Assembly: GCA_964016885.1 (NCBI GenBank)
Contig: OZ024743.1
Span: forward strand, 60,078,001-60,142,000
Length of the DNA: 64,000 nt
Direction: 5' to 3'
DNA from: Eledone cirrhosa
Taxonomy: Eukaryota
The position numbers and the translations under genes are program-made. The notes below the pieces were generated by a model. The model did no database searches and had not been told where the DNA came from. It saw only the letters and a program-made list of their open reading frames with translations. Positions within the stretch are counted from its first letter, which is position 1. Each line of letters starts with the position of its first letter. Shown here one piece after another: positions 1 through 14,684 of the stretch.

Positions 1-61
<61 letters not shown>

Positions 62-64
62 GAG
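1..64. repeat. (AG)n microsatellite
   Basis: Direct dinucleotide run at the window start. Confidence 0.95.
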
Positions 65-394
65 AAAGAGAGATATTGATAATTGCGAAGGCAATATAAG
101 ATGGAATACCTACAACTGATTTTAGTATTTGGCATTATGTTATGTATACACCGCCATATGCTACTAAATCACATTTTGAAGGATACACATTTTGAGTGCT
201 TGAATAAAATTGCTCCATCGTTTACTGATTAGAGTACTGCAAACATACCTCGGTTGGTCAACATCCTTTACAAAAATTACATATATATATATTCAAATAT
301 GTGCGTGCGTGTGTGTGTGTGTGTGGGTGTGTGTGTGTGTGTGCGTGCGTACGTAGGTATAGTGGTAAAATCATTTGTTATTTATTTGACCGTA

Positions 395-934
<540 letters not shown>

Positions 935-1364
935 TTTTATCGCTCAACATGGCTGAATACAAGAAATGTTTTATCAGAGGGGTGTTTTATCAGACCCATC
1001 TAAACGAATACAAAGACTAAATGAACTAAAAGCACACTTACCTTAAGAGCCTTCCCACTTGAGATAATTAACAACGGAATAGACAGAGCATAACACGTAC
1101 ATTTTCATTAACTTAACAATCCAAAGCACAGAACCACGAACAGTGCCTTACCATATATATCCACATTCAACCCCAGAAACACTGAAATGTTCGATCACCT
1201 ACACAAAATCTCCCCATTCTATTTAAAAAAATCATAGTAAAATTCAAATATAACACAAAAAAAGATAGAGAGAGGGCTGGTGGAAAAATGAAACATGGAT
1301 TACAGGTTAAAGTGTAGTCTAGATAGATGTGAAACATAACGAAAATGTAGTTTATGGAACACCC

Positions 1365-1820
1365 AAATGATTTAGAACTCGACCTTAAGTAGGAGCAATA
1401 ACATTAAGAAAGACATGAACGATATCACAACACTGTTTTGAACATTTTGAAAGTAGGTTTATAAGTATGATTTTCTATAAAATGTTCGTATTTATCTCTG
1501 TGGCCTAGTGGTAGGTACTAGAGACGGTGGAGATGCTAGCCTTGGGTTCAATTCTGGTCAAGAGATACATGTAAACTGTTTCAGTTTTTATTTTACAACC
1601 AATAGAAGAAACTGAAAAGATTTACCGGAACACTACACACGATCAGAACCGAATTTCAGACCGGGAATCCTCCAACTAGGCCACTGCGATAGCTACAAAA
1701 GAATAATGAAAATGGATACTTATAAACCTACTTTCAAAATCAAATTTAAATATATGTGGTGTCGTTCATGATTTTCCTATAGCTATTAATAATATTTAGG
1801 GTCAACTTCTGGTCATTATT
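1365..1820. repeat. Degenerate foldback/MITE-like element with a tRNA-like segment
   Basis: aaagtaggtttataagtat (~1450) is the reverse complement of atacttataaacctacttt (~1716). A-box-like tggcctagtggt at 1501 and B-box-like gggttcaattc at ~1543; ctaggcca mirrored at ~1676. Confidence 0.45.
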
Positions 1821-2022
1821 GAAAGTCTCTGGATTTAGCAAAATACATAATATATCTTATTGGAAAAGGTAAGATAGTTTTACTCTTTTGCACTGTTTTG
1901 TTGCTACTTATGTATTTTCGAATTTTATAATTAATAATTATAAAAATAATAGGATAGCATTCTATATGTAGGTGAGCACCCATTCACCTCCTGGCAACCA
2001 ATATTTCAAGGACCCAGTCCAC

Positions 2023-2055
<33 letters not shown>

Positions 2056-2056
<1 letters not shown>

Positions 2057-2934
2057 GAGGTGTGTCAGCAAAGTTCCAGGACTGATGTCACAAAAGATTT
2101 ATTTCAAACTCAAACTTCACACTAAGAGTTTTCTCCTTCAAAGTAATGCCCCTGGAGTATGTAACTGTAATCTTAGCCCTCTGCAGTGATCAAACTTTTT
2201 TCTTCATAATTTTATATACATGTCCTCTGTTTCAGGTCGTCAAGCAATGAGCACAGAGCAACGAACAAATGTAAAAACTCCGTCAGAAGCACTGGGATTA
2301 GCTGCAGCAAGTGTATGGAGATGAGACAATGTCACGCTCACGTGTTTTTGAGTGGTGCAAGAGGTTAAAGAAGGACGGGAGGACGTGGAAGATGACCCAG
2401 GAGCGGAAGGCCCTCAACAACCAGGACTGAGGTCAACGTTGAGCGCGTCAGGCAGATGGTGCGTAGCGATCGTCGGCTGACTCTTAGACTGATGGCAAAT
2501 GAGCTGGGAATGAATCAGAACAGCGTCTGGAAGATTCTCACTGAAGATTTGGACATGCGGAAAGTCTGCGCGAATATGGTGCCAAAACTGCTGAACGATG
2601 ACCAGAAGGGTCGACGCATGCAAGTGTCGCCAGGACATCCTCGAGCGTCTTGAAACCGAACCAGAGTTGCTAGAGACAGTCATCACCGGTGATGATTCAC
2701 GGATCTTCGGAGTACGACCCGGAGGGACCCGTTTGAAGACGTTGACGACATCAAAAAGGCCGTGACGACGGAACTACGGAAGATCCCGGAATAATCCTTC
2801 CAGGACTGCATGCAACCGTGGCAGAAAAGGATGGAAAAGTGCATTAGACTCCAAGGAGAACATTCTTAGTGTGAAGTTTCGCTTTGAATAAATATTTTGT
2901 GATATCAGTCCTGGATCTTCCTGAGACAGGCTCG
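2056..2934 (+). mobile_element. Internally deleted Tc1/mariner (mariner-type) DNA transposon
   Basis: Imperfect TIRs (cgaggtgtgtcagcaaagttccaggactgatgtcacaaaa / ttttgtgatatcagtcctggatcttcctgagacaggctcg) after a TA. Frameshifted transposase: HTH region (VYGDETMSRSRVFEW, DRRLTLRLMANELGM), KVCANMVPKLL (WVPHEL-like) and VITGDDSRI (first catalytic D). Confidence 0.88.
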
Positions 2935-3253
2935 ATATATACAGTATCCCTTTAACAAAGACCTTTTGTTTTTCTTTTTCTATTTCTTTCTCCAAAAATA
3001 TTTCTCTGATCAATAAGACGCACACGTTCTTTTACTACCCTAATTTTGCCAATCCCATTCATCTCTCTCACCCATAGAATTTGTCTCTAGGCTACATTTC
3101 CCTCGTCGCCGACCCCATCTGAACTATTGACCCGTCCATTAACACAATTGAGATACATACACATATTTGAAGAACATTTCCCCTCTCCCTAAAAATAATT
3201 TTGTTATGTGGGAAAAAGTAAAACTACCACCACCGCAACAACTACTACTACTG

Positions 3254-3298
<45 letters not shown>

Positions 3299-3692
3299 GC
3301 TGCTGCTATGACTACCTCTCTGTTTATATATATATGATTCTATTTTAGATCAAGTCTTCTGAACAAGAAAGATGAATAAACCTGCCCCAACAATTAATTT
3401 TAAGTCTTTAATTTCTAATTAATTTTAAATTCTTTTTAATTGTAATACTCATCATTTGATGGGATGGATTTCACTGATAGATCGAACCGGTTACCTTTTA
3501 TTATATTTTATATTCATTCTAAAACTCCCTTTTTTTTTTTAAATGTACCTCTCATTTTTTAAATAATGTCACATTTACGAATCAAAGAAGAGAAAAAGAC
3601 AAAACAGAACCTTTAAATATATTTTACGTGCTATTTCCAATTCCAGTCTTTCTCTATAACCTCTGTTTTCTATAGAGCCTCACTCCTTTTTC

Positions 3693-3766
<74 letters not shown>

Positions 3767-3859
3767 ATATATACGTAGGTCCCGAGTTGAGTCGGGGATA
3801 ACCACAGTAAGTAAGGTACTCAATACATGGCAGAGTAAAATATATTTATTGTATAGAAG

Positions 3860-3912
3860 CAGCTTCTACAGGACTAGTACTGTTTCATTCAGATGAAATC
3901 TTCGGGAAGCTG
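3860..3912 (-). ncRNA. Type I hammerhead ribozyme in PLE pseudo-LTR (core variant CCGAAGA)
   Basis: Minus strand reads cagcttc-CCGAAGA-t-ttca-tc-tgaa-t-GAAA-cag-tactagtc-ctg-TA-gaagctg. Confidence 0.7.
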
Positions 3913-4573
3913 GGTGTCGTATTAAGTTCTGGTATTTATACATTTAGGTAGTGGTAAGGGAGGGATGGTGGCTGGGGGTGGGGGGCATTTTGAGGGTAGG
4001 ATGGTATTTAGATACACAGGACCACAACATGGCACAGACCGTTTTTTCTTTGGGGAGTGGTCAATTAGCCAGAGTGCTTTTGTAAAATAAAAGGAAAAGA
4101 AAAAGAAAAAGTAAATAAATAAGTAAATAAATAAGTAAATAAATAAATGAATAAATAGATAAATAAATAAATAGATAAAAATAAATAAAAACCCCAAGTA
4201 TAGTAATTCAACAGATATATAGTAGGGATATTTTTTTAGGTGGGTGGGTATTAGAAGATAAACAAGACCGAATCATGGCACAGACTGGGGTGAGTGGTCA
4301 AGTTAACATACAAGCTACAGGTGGGCAGGGTGTTTTTGTAGAATGGAAAGAATAAAATATATTTACATACTCACAACCACATACATAAACACTTACACAC
4401 ACATATATATATTCATATCTATACACATATATATATATAGTTAGAGAAGCAAAAAAGTGCTTATTGTAATCCAGTTTTGGTTAAGAAAGCCAGTTTCATG
4501 AATGGTTTCAACGTACGGTTAGGGGTAACTCCACAAGTTTTTAAGAATTGCGTTCAATCTTGGAGTATAAGTA

Positions 4574-4991
4574 TAAAAGAGAAAACACAGGTAAGCATTA
4601 ACAGAAGGATTTAATCCAGGTATTTACGACCGTTTCATTGGTAAGTGCAACCTTATGTTGCTATACTGCAAATAGCAGCCACCTCAATTTGTCATTCTAT
4701 TTCCTACCTCTTCCCCCTTCCTCTCTCTCTATACTATGCCGTCTGTCCTCTCACCTCCTGATTCCTCTCTCTCTATACTAGTAAATACAATTCCAAATAA
4801 ATGTTTTTCTCTATATATTAAGAACTATTTCAAGGGTAACTCACTATTTTGAAAATTTGGACTGTGAACAACAATTATAATTGAGTGGCTGCTATTTGCA
4901 GTATAGCAATATAAGGTTGCACTTACCAATGAAACGGTCGTAAATACCTGCATTAAATCCTTCTCTTAATGCTTACCTGTGTTTTCTCTTT

Positions 4992-4993
<2 letters not shown>
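4574..4993. repeat. Inverted-repeat element inserted in the PLE 3' region
   Basis: ~115-bp arms at 4574-4688 and 4879-4993; contains GAAACGGTC, an HHR 3' half-like motif. Confidence 0.75.
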
Positions 4994-5033
<40 letters not shown>

Positions 5034-5312
5034 AGAAAAAGCACGTACACACAGATATACACACACACGCATACACATACACACGCATATACATGCATAC
5101 ACACATATATATATATATATATATATACATATCTACACATATACATGTGTATATATACATATACATGTATGTATGTCTCTCGGTATAAACTATACTCTAC
5201 ATACATATACATACACATACACACACATACATACATATAGATACACACACATACATACACACATATACATATATACATATATATACACACATATACATAT
5301 ATACATATATAT

Positions 5313-5379
<67 letters not shown>

Positions 5380-5742
5380 CACACATATATGCGCACACGC
5401 ATACATACACATACACACATACAAATACATACACATAAACACATATACACATACACGCTCTCGTTCGCACACATACATGTATCTATATATATATATATAT
5501 ATTGGGAAAAAGTAGTGGGACAAATTATAAACTGAGCCTGATAGAAGATTAAAATATTTATTATCACTACTAAATTATTAATATTATCATCAAGTAATTA
5601 ATTATTATTTATTAATTCACTATTCATTACCTATCTTTTATCTTTCATCTATTCATTACTTAATCATTCACTTATTAATTAATAAATAAATGAATTAACT
5701 AACAAACAAACAAACAAACAAACAGATAAACAAATAAACAAA

Positions 5743-5773
<31 letters not shown>

Positions 5774-6054
5774 ATATATAAATAAATAGATAAATAAATA
5801 AATCTCGAACGTGTGCGTGTAGCAGTTCATAACTGCACGTATGCAAACATGAGCAGTTATATACATGAATTTGTGTGTGCCGCCACGGAACCTTACTCAG
5901 AGGCATACAACACAATATAAGACCTGGAGGGGAGGAAAGAAGGTAATAATGAGAGATAGAGGGGAGGAAAGATGGTAATAATGAGAGATGGAGGGACGGA
6001 AGTGGGATGGGGTACGGGGGTGGGGTGGTGATGGGGGGGGGCAATCGGGGGGCC

Positions 6055-7209
6055 GGGGGGGTCTGTAGTTTTTGTAATTTGCATAGTTCTTGTGCATGCA
6101 ATTAGGGGAGTGTTGCGAGATCTTGTTGAGGAGAGGGCCTTTGGCGAATAGAATCTCATAGCTATCGGAGATACAGAGGTCACAGCAATTATGGCCTCCC
6201 GTGTAAGATCGCGCTCTCTGGAGTAGTCTCCATTGGGTCTTGAAGGGGATGGAGTTCCTTTTAAGGTGCTAGATGTGGGCGGCGAGTGTTGTTTGGTTAG
6301 ATTTGTCTGGGCGCCGGAACGAATGTGTGTGGGCGTACCAGCGAGTCTTAAAACTGTTAGAAGTCATCCCGATGTACGAGTTTCTTTTTTCATCGGGGCC
6401 TGAGAGTACATCGCATATATAGACGAGATCTTTTTTAGACAGTTGTTGTTGAGGGGACAGGTAGTCTTATCAGGGCAATTGCAATTGCCATCGGTTGCTG
6501 GATGGGCTTCGGAAAAAGTAGACTTATTTAGCTTCTTGACGTTATTGTTGGCTAAGTTCCTAGCTAGATTAGGTGTGGTAGAGTAGGAGAGTCTAATGGC
6601 ATTCTTATTAAGGATTGTATAGTACCTATGTTGGGTGGGGAAGTGTTTTTGTAAGAGAGTGAAGAACATTTTAGCTACAGGTGTCGAAACTTCGCGGTTG
6701 AAGGGGGGGTTGTACCAGCTAATGTGCCTTCGCCTATTCTTCCTGGGTGGGCGTTGGGCTATACTGAGGTAGGTGATCTTATCTCTAAAGTCGCTGCGGG
6801 CCAGGGCCTCGTTGTAATAGGGGGCTGCTGCTCTAAAGATATCTTCATTGACGGCGACGCTAGATATCCTAATGGAGACACTTTTCACTAGGTTGTCTAA
6901 TATATGTTTGGGGTGGTTGGAATTAACGTCTATATATCTAAGGGATTCATTAGGTTTGTGGTACGGGTAGTAAAGGGAAGTTTCTAAGTCGAGGGTAACG
7001 TCTAGAAAGTTAGCTTTAGTTAAGTTCGAATCTGAGGTAATCCTAAGGCCTAAGTTTTTAAAGAAGGTGTAAAGGTTTTTCCTGAACCCATCCGTGGTCC
7101 TGGGGTTGATTTTGTGGAGGGCAAAGAGGCCGTCATCTCCGTAGAGACCGCCGGAGAGGCCCGTGAAGAGGGTCTTCAACCTGTGGAGGATGAACAGACC
7201 CACAAGGTT
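6055..7209 (-). pseudogene. PLE reverse transcriptase C-terminal half, linker and GIY-YIG endonuclease (frameshifted, internal stop)
   Basis: LYGDDGL (YRDD-like), [28 protein letters not shown], then in another frame VYICDV...[14 protein letters not shown] and a C-terminal CDLC. Confidence 0.9.
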
Positions 7210-7263
7210 GTGTATGTATTTGTATGTGTGTATGTGTATGTATACGTGTGTGCATATATGTGT

Positions 7264-7295
<32 letters not shown>

Positions 7296-7503
7296 GTGTG
7301 TATATATATGTATATATGTGTATGTGTGTATATATATATATGTATATGTGTGTATGTATGCGTTTGTGTGTGTGTATGTATGTGTATGTATGTATATGTG
7401 TGTATGTGTATGTATATGTATGTAGAGTATAGTTTATACCGAGAGACATACATACATGTATATGTATATATATATATGTGTATATACACATGTATATGTG
7501 TAG

Positions 7504-7563
<60 letters not shown>

Positions 7564-7616
7564 GTATGCATGTATATGCGTGTGTATGTGTATGCGTGTA
7601 TGTGTATGCTTTTTCT

Positions 7617-7673
<57 letters not shown>

Positions 7674-8177
7674 ATAGATATGCATATATATATGTGTGTG
7701 TAAGTGTTTATGTATGTGGTTGTGAGTATGTAAATATATTTTATTCTTTCCATTCTACAAAAACACTCTGCCCACCTGTAGCTTGTATGTTAACTTGACC
7801 ACTCACCCCAGTCTGTGCCATGATTCGGTCTTGTTTATCTTCTAATACCCACCCACCTAAAAAAATATCCCTACTATATATCTGTTGAATTACTATCCTT
7901 GGGGTTATTATTTACTTTTATCTATTTATTTATTTATCTATTTATTCATTTATTTATTTACTTATTTATTTACTTATTTATTTACTTTTTCTTTTTCTTT
8001 TCCTTTTATGTTACAAAAGCACTCTGGCTAATTGACCACTCCCCCAAAGAAAAAACGGTCTGTGCCATGTCCTGTGTATCTAAATACCATCGTACCCAAA
8101 AAATGACCCCCCCCCCCGCCACCTTCCCCCCCTTACCACTACCTAAATGTATAAATACCTGAACTTAATACGACACC

Positions 8178-8230
8178 CAGCTTCCTGAAGATTTCATCTG
8201 AATGAAACAGTACTAGTCTTGTAGAAGCTG
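8178..8230 (+). ncRNA. Type I hammerhead ribozyme in the inverted PLE pseudo-LTR
   Basis: cagcttc-CTGAAGA-t-ttca-tc-tgaa-t-GAAA-cag-tactagtc-ttg-TA-gaagctg: 7-bp stem I, intact core, GUA cleavage triplet. Confidence 0.85.
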
Positions 8231-8273
8231 CTTCTATACAATAAATACATATATATATATATAAATAAATATA

Positions 8274-8314
<41 letters not shown>

Positions 8315-8316
<2 letters not shown>

Positions 8317-11300
8317 GTGTAAATATGATAATAATGATGGCTGCGCGTTGCAAATGGTGGTGCATATGAAAAAGTAAGTCCTTCATCAGTGACCCTCCAA
8401 CCGTCCCAGGCATTTAATCGCTTTAAGGGCCATATGCCTCAGGTTGGTGCGAACAACGGCTAAAAAAGTCGTTGGGACACGTAAATAAAGGGGACGTTAG
8501 GGTAACAAACAACATGGTTTAAGCAACGGAAAGTGAGAAGGAATAGACAAGTCCCAGATCTCTATGAATATAAACTCGGTGAAATCGTGAACAAGAGACA
8601 AAAGACCATCAAACCTGGTTGAAATGTGAGCAAGGAAGGAATTTCGCACCGGTCTAACGGGGGGGGGGAAGAAGAAGAAGAAGAAGAAGAAGAAGAAGAA
8701 GAAGAAGAAGAAGAAGAAGAAGAAGAAGAAGAAGAAGAAGAAGAAGAAGAAGAAGAAGAAGAAGAAGAAGAAGGGGTCTGGTCTACGAATTCGGTAAACA
8801 TAAGTTTTGTGAAGTCGCAGACGAAAGAGAGAGAGAGAAAAAAATTCCATACCAGCTTGACCAAGACCGCGCGAGAAAAGAATTACACACAGGTCAAACT
8901 TGAAGGAGGAGGAGGAAAGAGGAGGAGGAGAGGTAGTGACAGAGAATGAGTGAGTGAAAGTTGAGGAGGAGGCTAACAGAGAGAGAGACTGCTACAAAGG
9001 GTAAAAGGTACAAAGAACGAGAAAGGGTAAAAGGTACAAAGAACGAAACAGACGGATGGCAGCAGAAGAAAAATTATGTGTAAATATGATAATAATGATG
9101 GCTGCGCGTTGCAAATGGTGGTGCATATGAAAAAGTAAGTCCTTCATCAGTGACCCTCCAACCGTCCCAGGCATTTCATCGCTTTAAGGGCCATATGCCT
9201 CAGGTTGGTGCGAACAACGGCTAAAAAAGTCGTTGGGACACGTAAATAAAGGGGACGTTAGGGTAACAAACAACATGGTTTAAGCAACGGAAAGTGAGAA
9301 GGAATAGACAAGTCCCAGATCTCTATGAATATAAACTCGGTGAAATCGTGAACAAGAGACAAAAGACCATCAAACCTGGTTGAAATGTGAGCAAGGAAGG
9401 AATTTCGCACCGGTCTAACGGGGGGGGGGGAAGAAGAAGAAGAAGAAGAAGAAGAAGAAGAAGAAGAAGAAGAAGAAGAAGAAGAAGAAGAAGAAGAAGA
9501 AGAAGAAGAAGAAGAAGAAGAAGAAGAAGAAGAAGAAGAAGAAGAAGAAGAAGAAGAAGAAGAAGAAGGGGTCTGGTCTACGAATTCGGTAAACATAAGT
9601 TTTGTGAAGTCGCAGACGAAAGAGAGAGAGAGAAAAAAATTCCATACCAGCTTGACCAAGACCGCGCGAGAAAAGAATTACACACAGGTCAAACTTGAAG
9701 GAGGAGGAGGAAAGAGGAGGAGGAGAGGTAGTGACAGAGAATGAGTGAGTGAAAGTTGAGGAGGAGGCTAACAGAGAGAGAGACTGCTACAAAGGGTAAA
9801 AGGTACAAAGAACGAGAAAGGGTAAAAGGTACAAAGAACGAAACAGACGGATGGCAGCAGAAGAAAAATTATGTGTAAATATGATAATAATGATGGCTGC
9901 GCGTTGCAAATGGTGGTGCATATGAAAAAGTAAGTCCTTCATCAGTGACCCTCCAACCGTCCCAGGCATTTCATCGCTTTAAGGGCCATATGCCTCAGGT
10001 TGGTGCGAACAACGGCTAAAAAAGTCGTTGGGACACGTAAATAAAGGGGACGTTAGGGTAACAAACAACATGGTTTAAGCAACGGAAAGTGAGAAGAAAT
10101 AGACAAGTCCCAGATCTCTATGAATATAAACTCGGTGAAATCGTGAACAAGAGACAAAAGATCATCAAACCTGGTTGAAATGTGAGCAAGGGAGGAATTT
10201 CGCACAGGTCTAACGGGGGGGGGGGAAGAAGAAGAAGAAGAAGAAGAAGAAGAAGAAGAAGAAGAAGAAGAAGAAGAAGAAGAAGAAGAAGAAGAAGAAG
10301 AAGAAGAAGAAGAAGAAGAAGAAGAAGAAGAAGAAGAAGAAGAAGAAGAAGAAGAAGAAGAAGAAGAAGAAGAAGGGGTCTGGTCTACGAATTCGGTAAA
10401 CATAAGTTTTGTGAAGTCGCAGACGAAAGAGAGAGAGAGAAAAAAATTCCATACCAGCTTGACCAAGACCGCGCGAGAAAAGAATTACACACAGGTCAAA
10501 CTTGAAGGAGGAGGAGGAAAGAGGAGGAGGAGAGGTAGTGACAGAGAATGAGTGAGTGAAAGTTGAGGAGGAGGCTAACAGAGAGAGAGACTGCTAGAAA
10601 GGGTAAAAGGTACAAAGAACGAGAAAGGGTAAAAGGTACAAAGAACGAAACAGACGGGTGGCAGCAGAAGAAAAATTATGTGTAAATATGATAATAATGA
10701 TGGCTGCGCGTTGCAAATGGTGGTGCATATGAAAAAGTAAGTCCTTCATCAGTGACCCTCCAACCGTCCCAGGCATTTCATCGCTTTAAGGGCCATATGC
10801 CTCAGGTTGGTGCGAACAACGGCCGAAAAAGTCGTTGGGACACGTAAATAAAGGGGACGTTAGGGTAACAAACAACATGGTTTAAGCAACGGAAAGTGAG
10901 AAGAAATAGACAAGCCCCAGATCTCTATGAATATAAACTCGGTGAAATCGTGAACAAGAGACAAAAGACCATCAAACCTGGTTGAAATGTGAGCAAGGAA
11001 GGAATTTCGCACAGGTCTAACGGGTGGGAAGAAAAAGAAGAAGAAGAAGAAGAAGAAGAAGAAGAAGAAGAAGAAGAAGAAGAAGAAGAAGAAGAAGAAG
11101 AAGAAGAAGAAGAAGAAGAAGAAGAAGAAGAAGAAGAAGAAGAAGAAGAAGAAGAAGAAGGTCTGGTCTACGAATTCGGTAAACATAAGTTTTGTGAAGT
11201 CGCAGACGAAAGAGAGAGAGAGAAAAAAATTCCATACCAGCTTGACCAAGACCGCGCGAGAAAAGAATTACACACAGGTCAAACTTGAAGGAGGAGGAGA

Positions 11301-11553
11301 AAAGAGGAGGAGGAGAGGTAGTGACAGAGAATGAGTGAGTGAAAGTTGAGGAGGAGGCTAACAGAGAGAGAGACTGCTAGAAAGGGTAAAAGGTACAAAG
11401 AACGAGAAAGGGTAAAAGGTACAAAGAACGAAACAGACGGGTGGCAGCAGAAGAAAAATTATGTGTAAATATGATAATAATGATGGCTGCGCGTTGCAAA
11501 TGGTGGTGCATATGAAAAAGTAAGTCCTTCATCAGTGACCCTCCAACCGTCCC

Positions 11554-11555
<2 letters not shown>
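8315..11555. repeat. Tandem array of four ~760-810-bp units plus a 95-bp partial unit, each full unit with a long (GAA)n tract (family C)
   Basis: Unit start atgtgtaaatatgataataatg at ~8315, 9076, 9871, 10678 and 11461. Units are near-identical apart from microsatellite length; (TA)n on both sides. Confidence 0.95.
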
Positions 11556-11618
<63 letters not shown>

Positions 11619-11638
11619 TATATGCGTGTGTATGGAAG

Positions 11639-11716
<78 letters not shown>

Positions 11717-13269
11717 ATATTAATGAGTATAAATGAAGAAGTTGCAGCTGCAAGCAGGTAAATTCGCATCCGATTGAATTTCGAAGACTGTAACGAAGCA
11801 CTCAGTGATAAAATAATTTAAAAAATGCTACCCAGGGTGCACACAATAAGTTAGGAAAGAGTGACACAATGTATAATGAGACCAAACGCATGTTGCCACA
11901 TTAATACTACAACAACGAACATACAGACAGGTTAAAGACGAACATGATCGATACGTATTAACCGACAAATATCTTCGATAGGTTTCTATATATATAGTAA
12001 TAATTAGTACAACCTCAAAGTACATACTAGAAACTACGCATCGAGTGCTCATTTTGGTAAACCAACACTAAGTTGACGTTACATTACCTGTATATATATA
12101 TATATATATGAAAAAAGTTAATGGTGATGGTGTTGATAGTGGTAATACAAGAAAAGAAAGACAAAAAACTAAATGTAAAAATGAATGGATAGGTGTGAAA
12201 TGTTAAGCTCATAATTCATTTGAATGTCCTCAATAATATTTTAATCTGAAATACTGTGCATGTTTCTTTTATAGTATGACCATTTATTAACTGTGATGGT
12301 TGATGACTGTTATATAAGGTGTGGCTATTGTTGTAAACTATATATGTAGGGTTAGAAAGGGTTAGACAGGGTTGGTAAGAAAAGCTACAGAAAATGAAGT
12401 GTGAACATTGACTAGAAATAAGACCGTATTATGATCTGAATTTGGTAAAATAACTTGCTTATACAACTGTGAATAAACCTGTATGAGAGGAGAGATGACA
12501 TTGAAGACAAAGGTTAAGAGTAAGAGTTTTAGTAATACAAATAGAACTGTGTATCGGAATCAACACCAACAATAACAACAGTCCTAGTGGTCATTAGAAG
12601 TGGTATTTACAATGAATTTTTAGTGAATGGCTACAATAAGTGGTTTAGATGTCCAGATGCATAATGGAAGTCTTTATGGTTGCAATCGTATTAGTGTCGA
12701 CAATATCATAAATAACAACAACTGTGACTGCAGCAACATAACCAACAACACCTATGGTACCAAGGGATGGGGATCAGGATCTGGCACGTTGATGTTGATA
12801 GTGGGCATAAAAATAGATAAAGTAAAATAATAATAATTACGAGACAAGTAATTAATTTACTTACTAGGGGAAGGTGTCGGCATCAGTGACAACAGCACCA
12901 CCAACAAGCACAATTTGTGCTCAGTGGAGGTATTTTGGGTATTTAAAAGAAAATTGCAATCCCAACAGAAGTACCAAACACAAAACCATGACTGTAAACA
13001 TTATTCTGATTCACAAACAGAACAGCGATATTTGGAATATAGCCCCAAATAGCATCGGCCCCAAAACCAACATTTCGAAGAACAGAAGTGGGCCCATGTG
13101 GTCAGATCCAGCGGCAATAACACCCAGAGGAAGTATAACAGGGATGAGGGTGACGAGAATGAGGATCCCAGCGCAGGAGGTACCGGCAAAACCGACATCA
13201 ACACCCATTACAGTAAAAAACATAAGCACCCAGACTGACGAAAGCAAAGACAAAACAGAACCAGGTATC

Positions 13270-13460
13270 GGCTCGTAACTTCGTTCAATGCCCCATACTT
13301 CAAGCTTGTGCGGACGAACAACCCGACTATCTTCTTCAAAGAATTAGACGAATCCTTCCCCCCGCAGCACAGGTACCAAAGACACTTCAATCCACATATG
13401 CTGAAGTATTCATACGCCATCACAACCAGCATCGAAGAAATCATATCTCTACCAAGGACA
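13270..13460 (+). pseudogene. PLE RT-EN linker fragment
   Basis: FNAPYFKLVRTN..TIFFKELDESFPPQHRYQRHFNPHMLKYSY resembles the linker in the 6055-7209 copy ([26 protein letters not shown]). Confidence 0.7.
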
Positions 13461-14472
13461 AGAATATTGACCTTCTCTCTGAATATGCTCCCACAACACT
13501 AATTGTGCTAACAGAGAAAGATGTATATATTCAACTTCCACTTTCGTAATAGATTTAGCCTCAATTGATAGTTGAAAGCGATACATAATGGATTCTCTAA
13601 TACACCATCAGATGGAAGGAAGTATTGCAACATTATTTTGACATATTACAATACATATAATACGATATAGATGCATTACTTATATAATATTCGTGCATGT
13701 TATACTTTGTAATTCAATATAAATTTCATCATTGATATGTAGGATAATTGAAGCCATACGTAAGAACATTAATGAAATCTGATAATCATATATTTGATTA
13801 TTTGATGTCACATACACTTTCTGAAATGGCTGATATATTAGCAACATTGTCCATAATAATATTTCTGCTTCGGATTCAATAGCAAGAATCTTTGTGGAGG
13901 ATATTATAGTGTTATACGCACTACATAAATTTATATTGTGTACAATTACAGCAACGGCACGTCAAGTTCTTAAACCTATTTTCAAGGAAGATACACTTCA
14001 GTTTCAAGATTATATCATATGTGTTCAGAAATATATTATAATTAGACACAGATATTTGATGCTAAGCTCAATATAATAATTATTGATATATAGGACTAAA
14101 AATATTATATTTAGTATCGATATCTAATCAACAGATTTGTCGCAATGACTGTGGTTCCTCCAATTCATATCACGTTAATCCATCTTGGGAGATTAGAAAT
14201 AAGATGAACAAGCTCGACTAATTCTAGATACATTATAAAAATAGTATCATAGGTAAGAATATATAATTACTGAGAATAGCAATTAACATTGAAAGCTAAA
14301 TAAACTGTTACTAATTCCAGATTTATCAGTATACTTCATCAATAAGACAGGCCAGCCAAGTTGTTCCAGCTCATATCACGTTTAATTAGACCATTGCGAA
14401 TTAAGCTATCAGTCAAACTACACAGTTTATGCCAAAAGTCACATTACAATTCCATGATGAAAATAGTTTATG

Positions 14473-14542
<70 letters not shown>

Positions 14543-14684
14543 GGATACTATTTATAGTTATGTATATTTTAAACTTTTTATAGTTATGTATATTTTAAAC
14601 TAAAAACAGGGAAGGTCAGTAATTTATTACTACCAGTAAGATAAATAGCTCAATGTAAGAACATCAGTTGTTCTACCGAGCAGT

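Larger units (their letters stand above)
3775..8247 (-). mobile_element. 5'-truncated Penelope-like element with an inverted pseudo-LTR
   Basis: 3845-4435 and ~4995-5435 are reverse complements of ~7210-8247. They enclose an RT/GIY-YIG reading frame on the minus strand, and both ends abut (TA)n. Confidence 0.88.

Noticed and set aside
4879-4993. GAAACGGTC as a hammerhead
   Set aside because: Only the 3' half is present; no upstream CUGANGA with a matching stem I was found.
11929-11965. ggttaa-agacga-acatgatc-gata-cgta-ttaacc HHR-like shape
   Set aside because: Both core segments are mutated and it is single copy; indistinguishable from chance.
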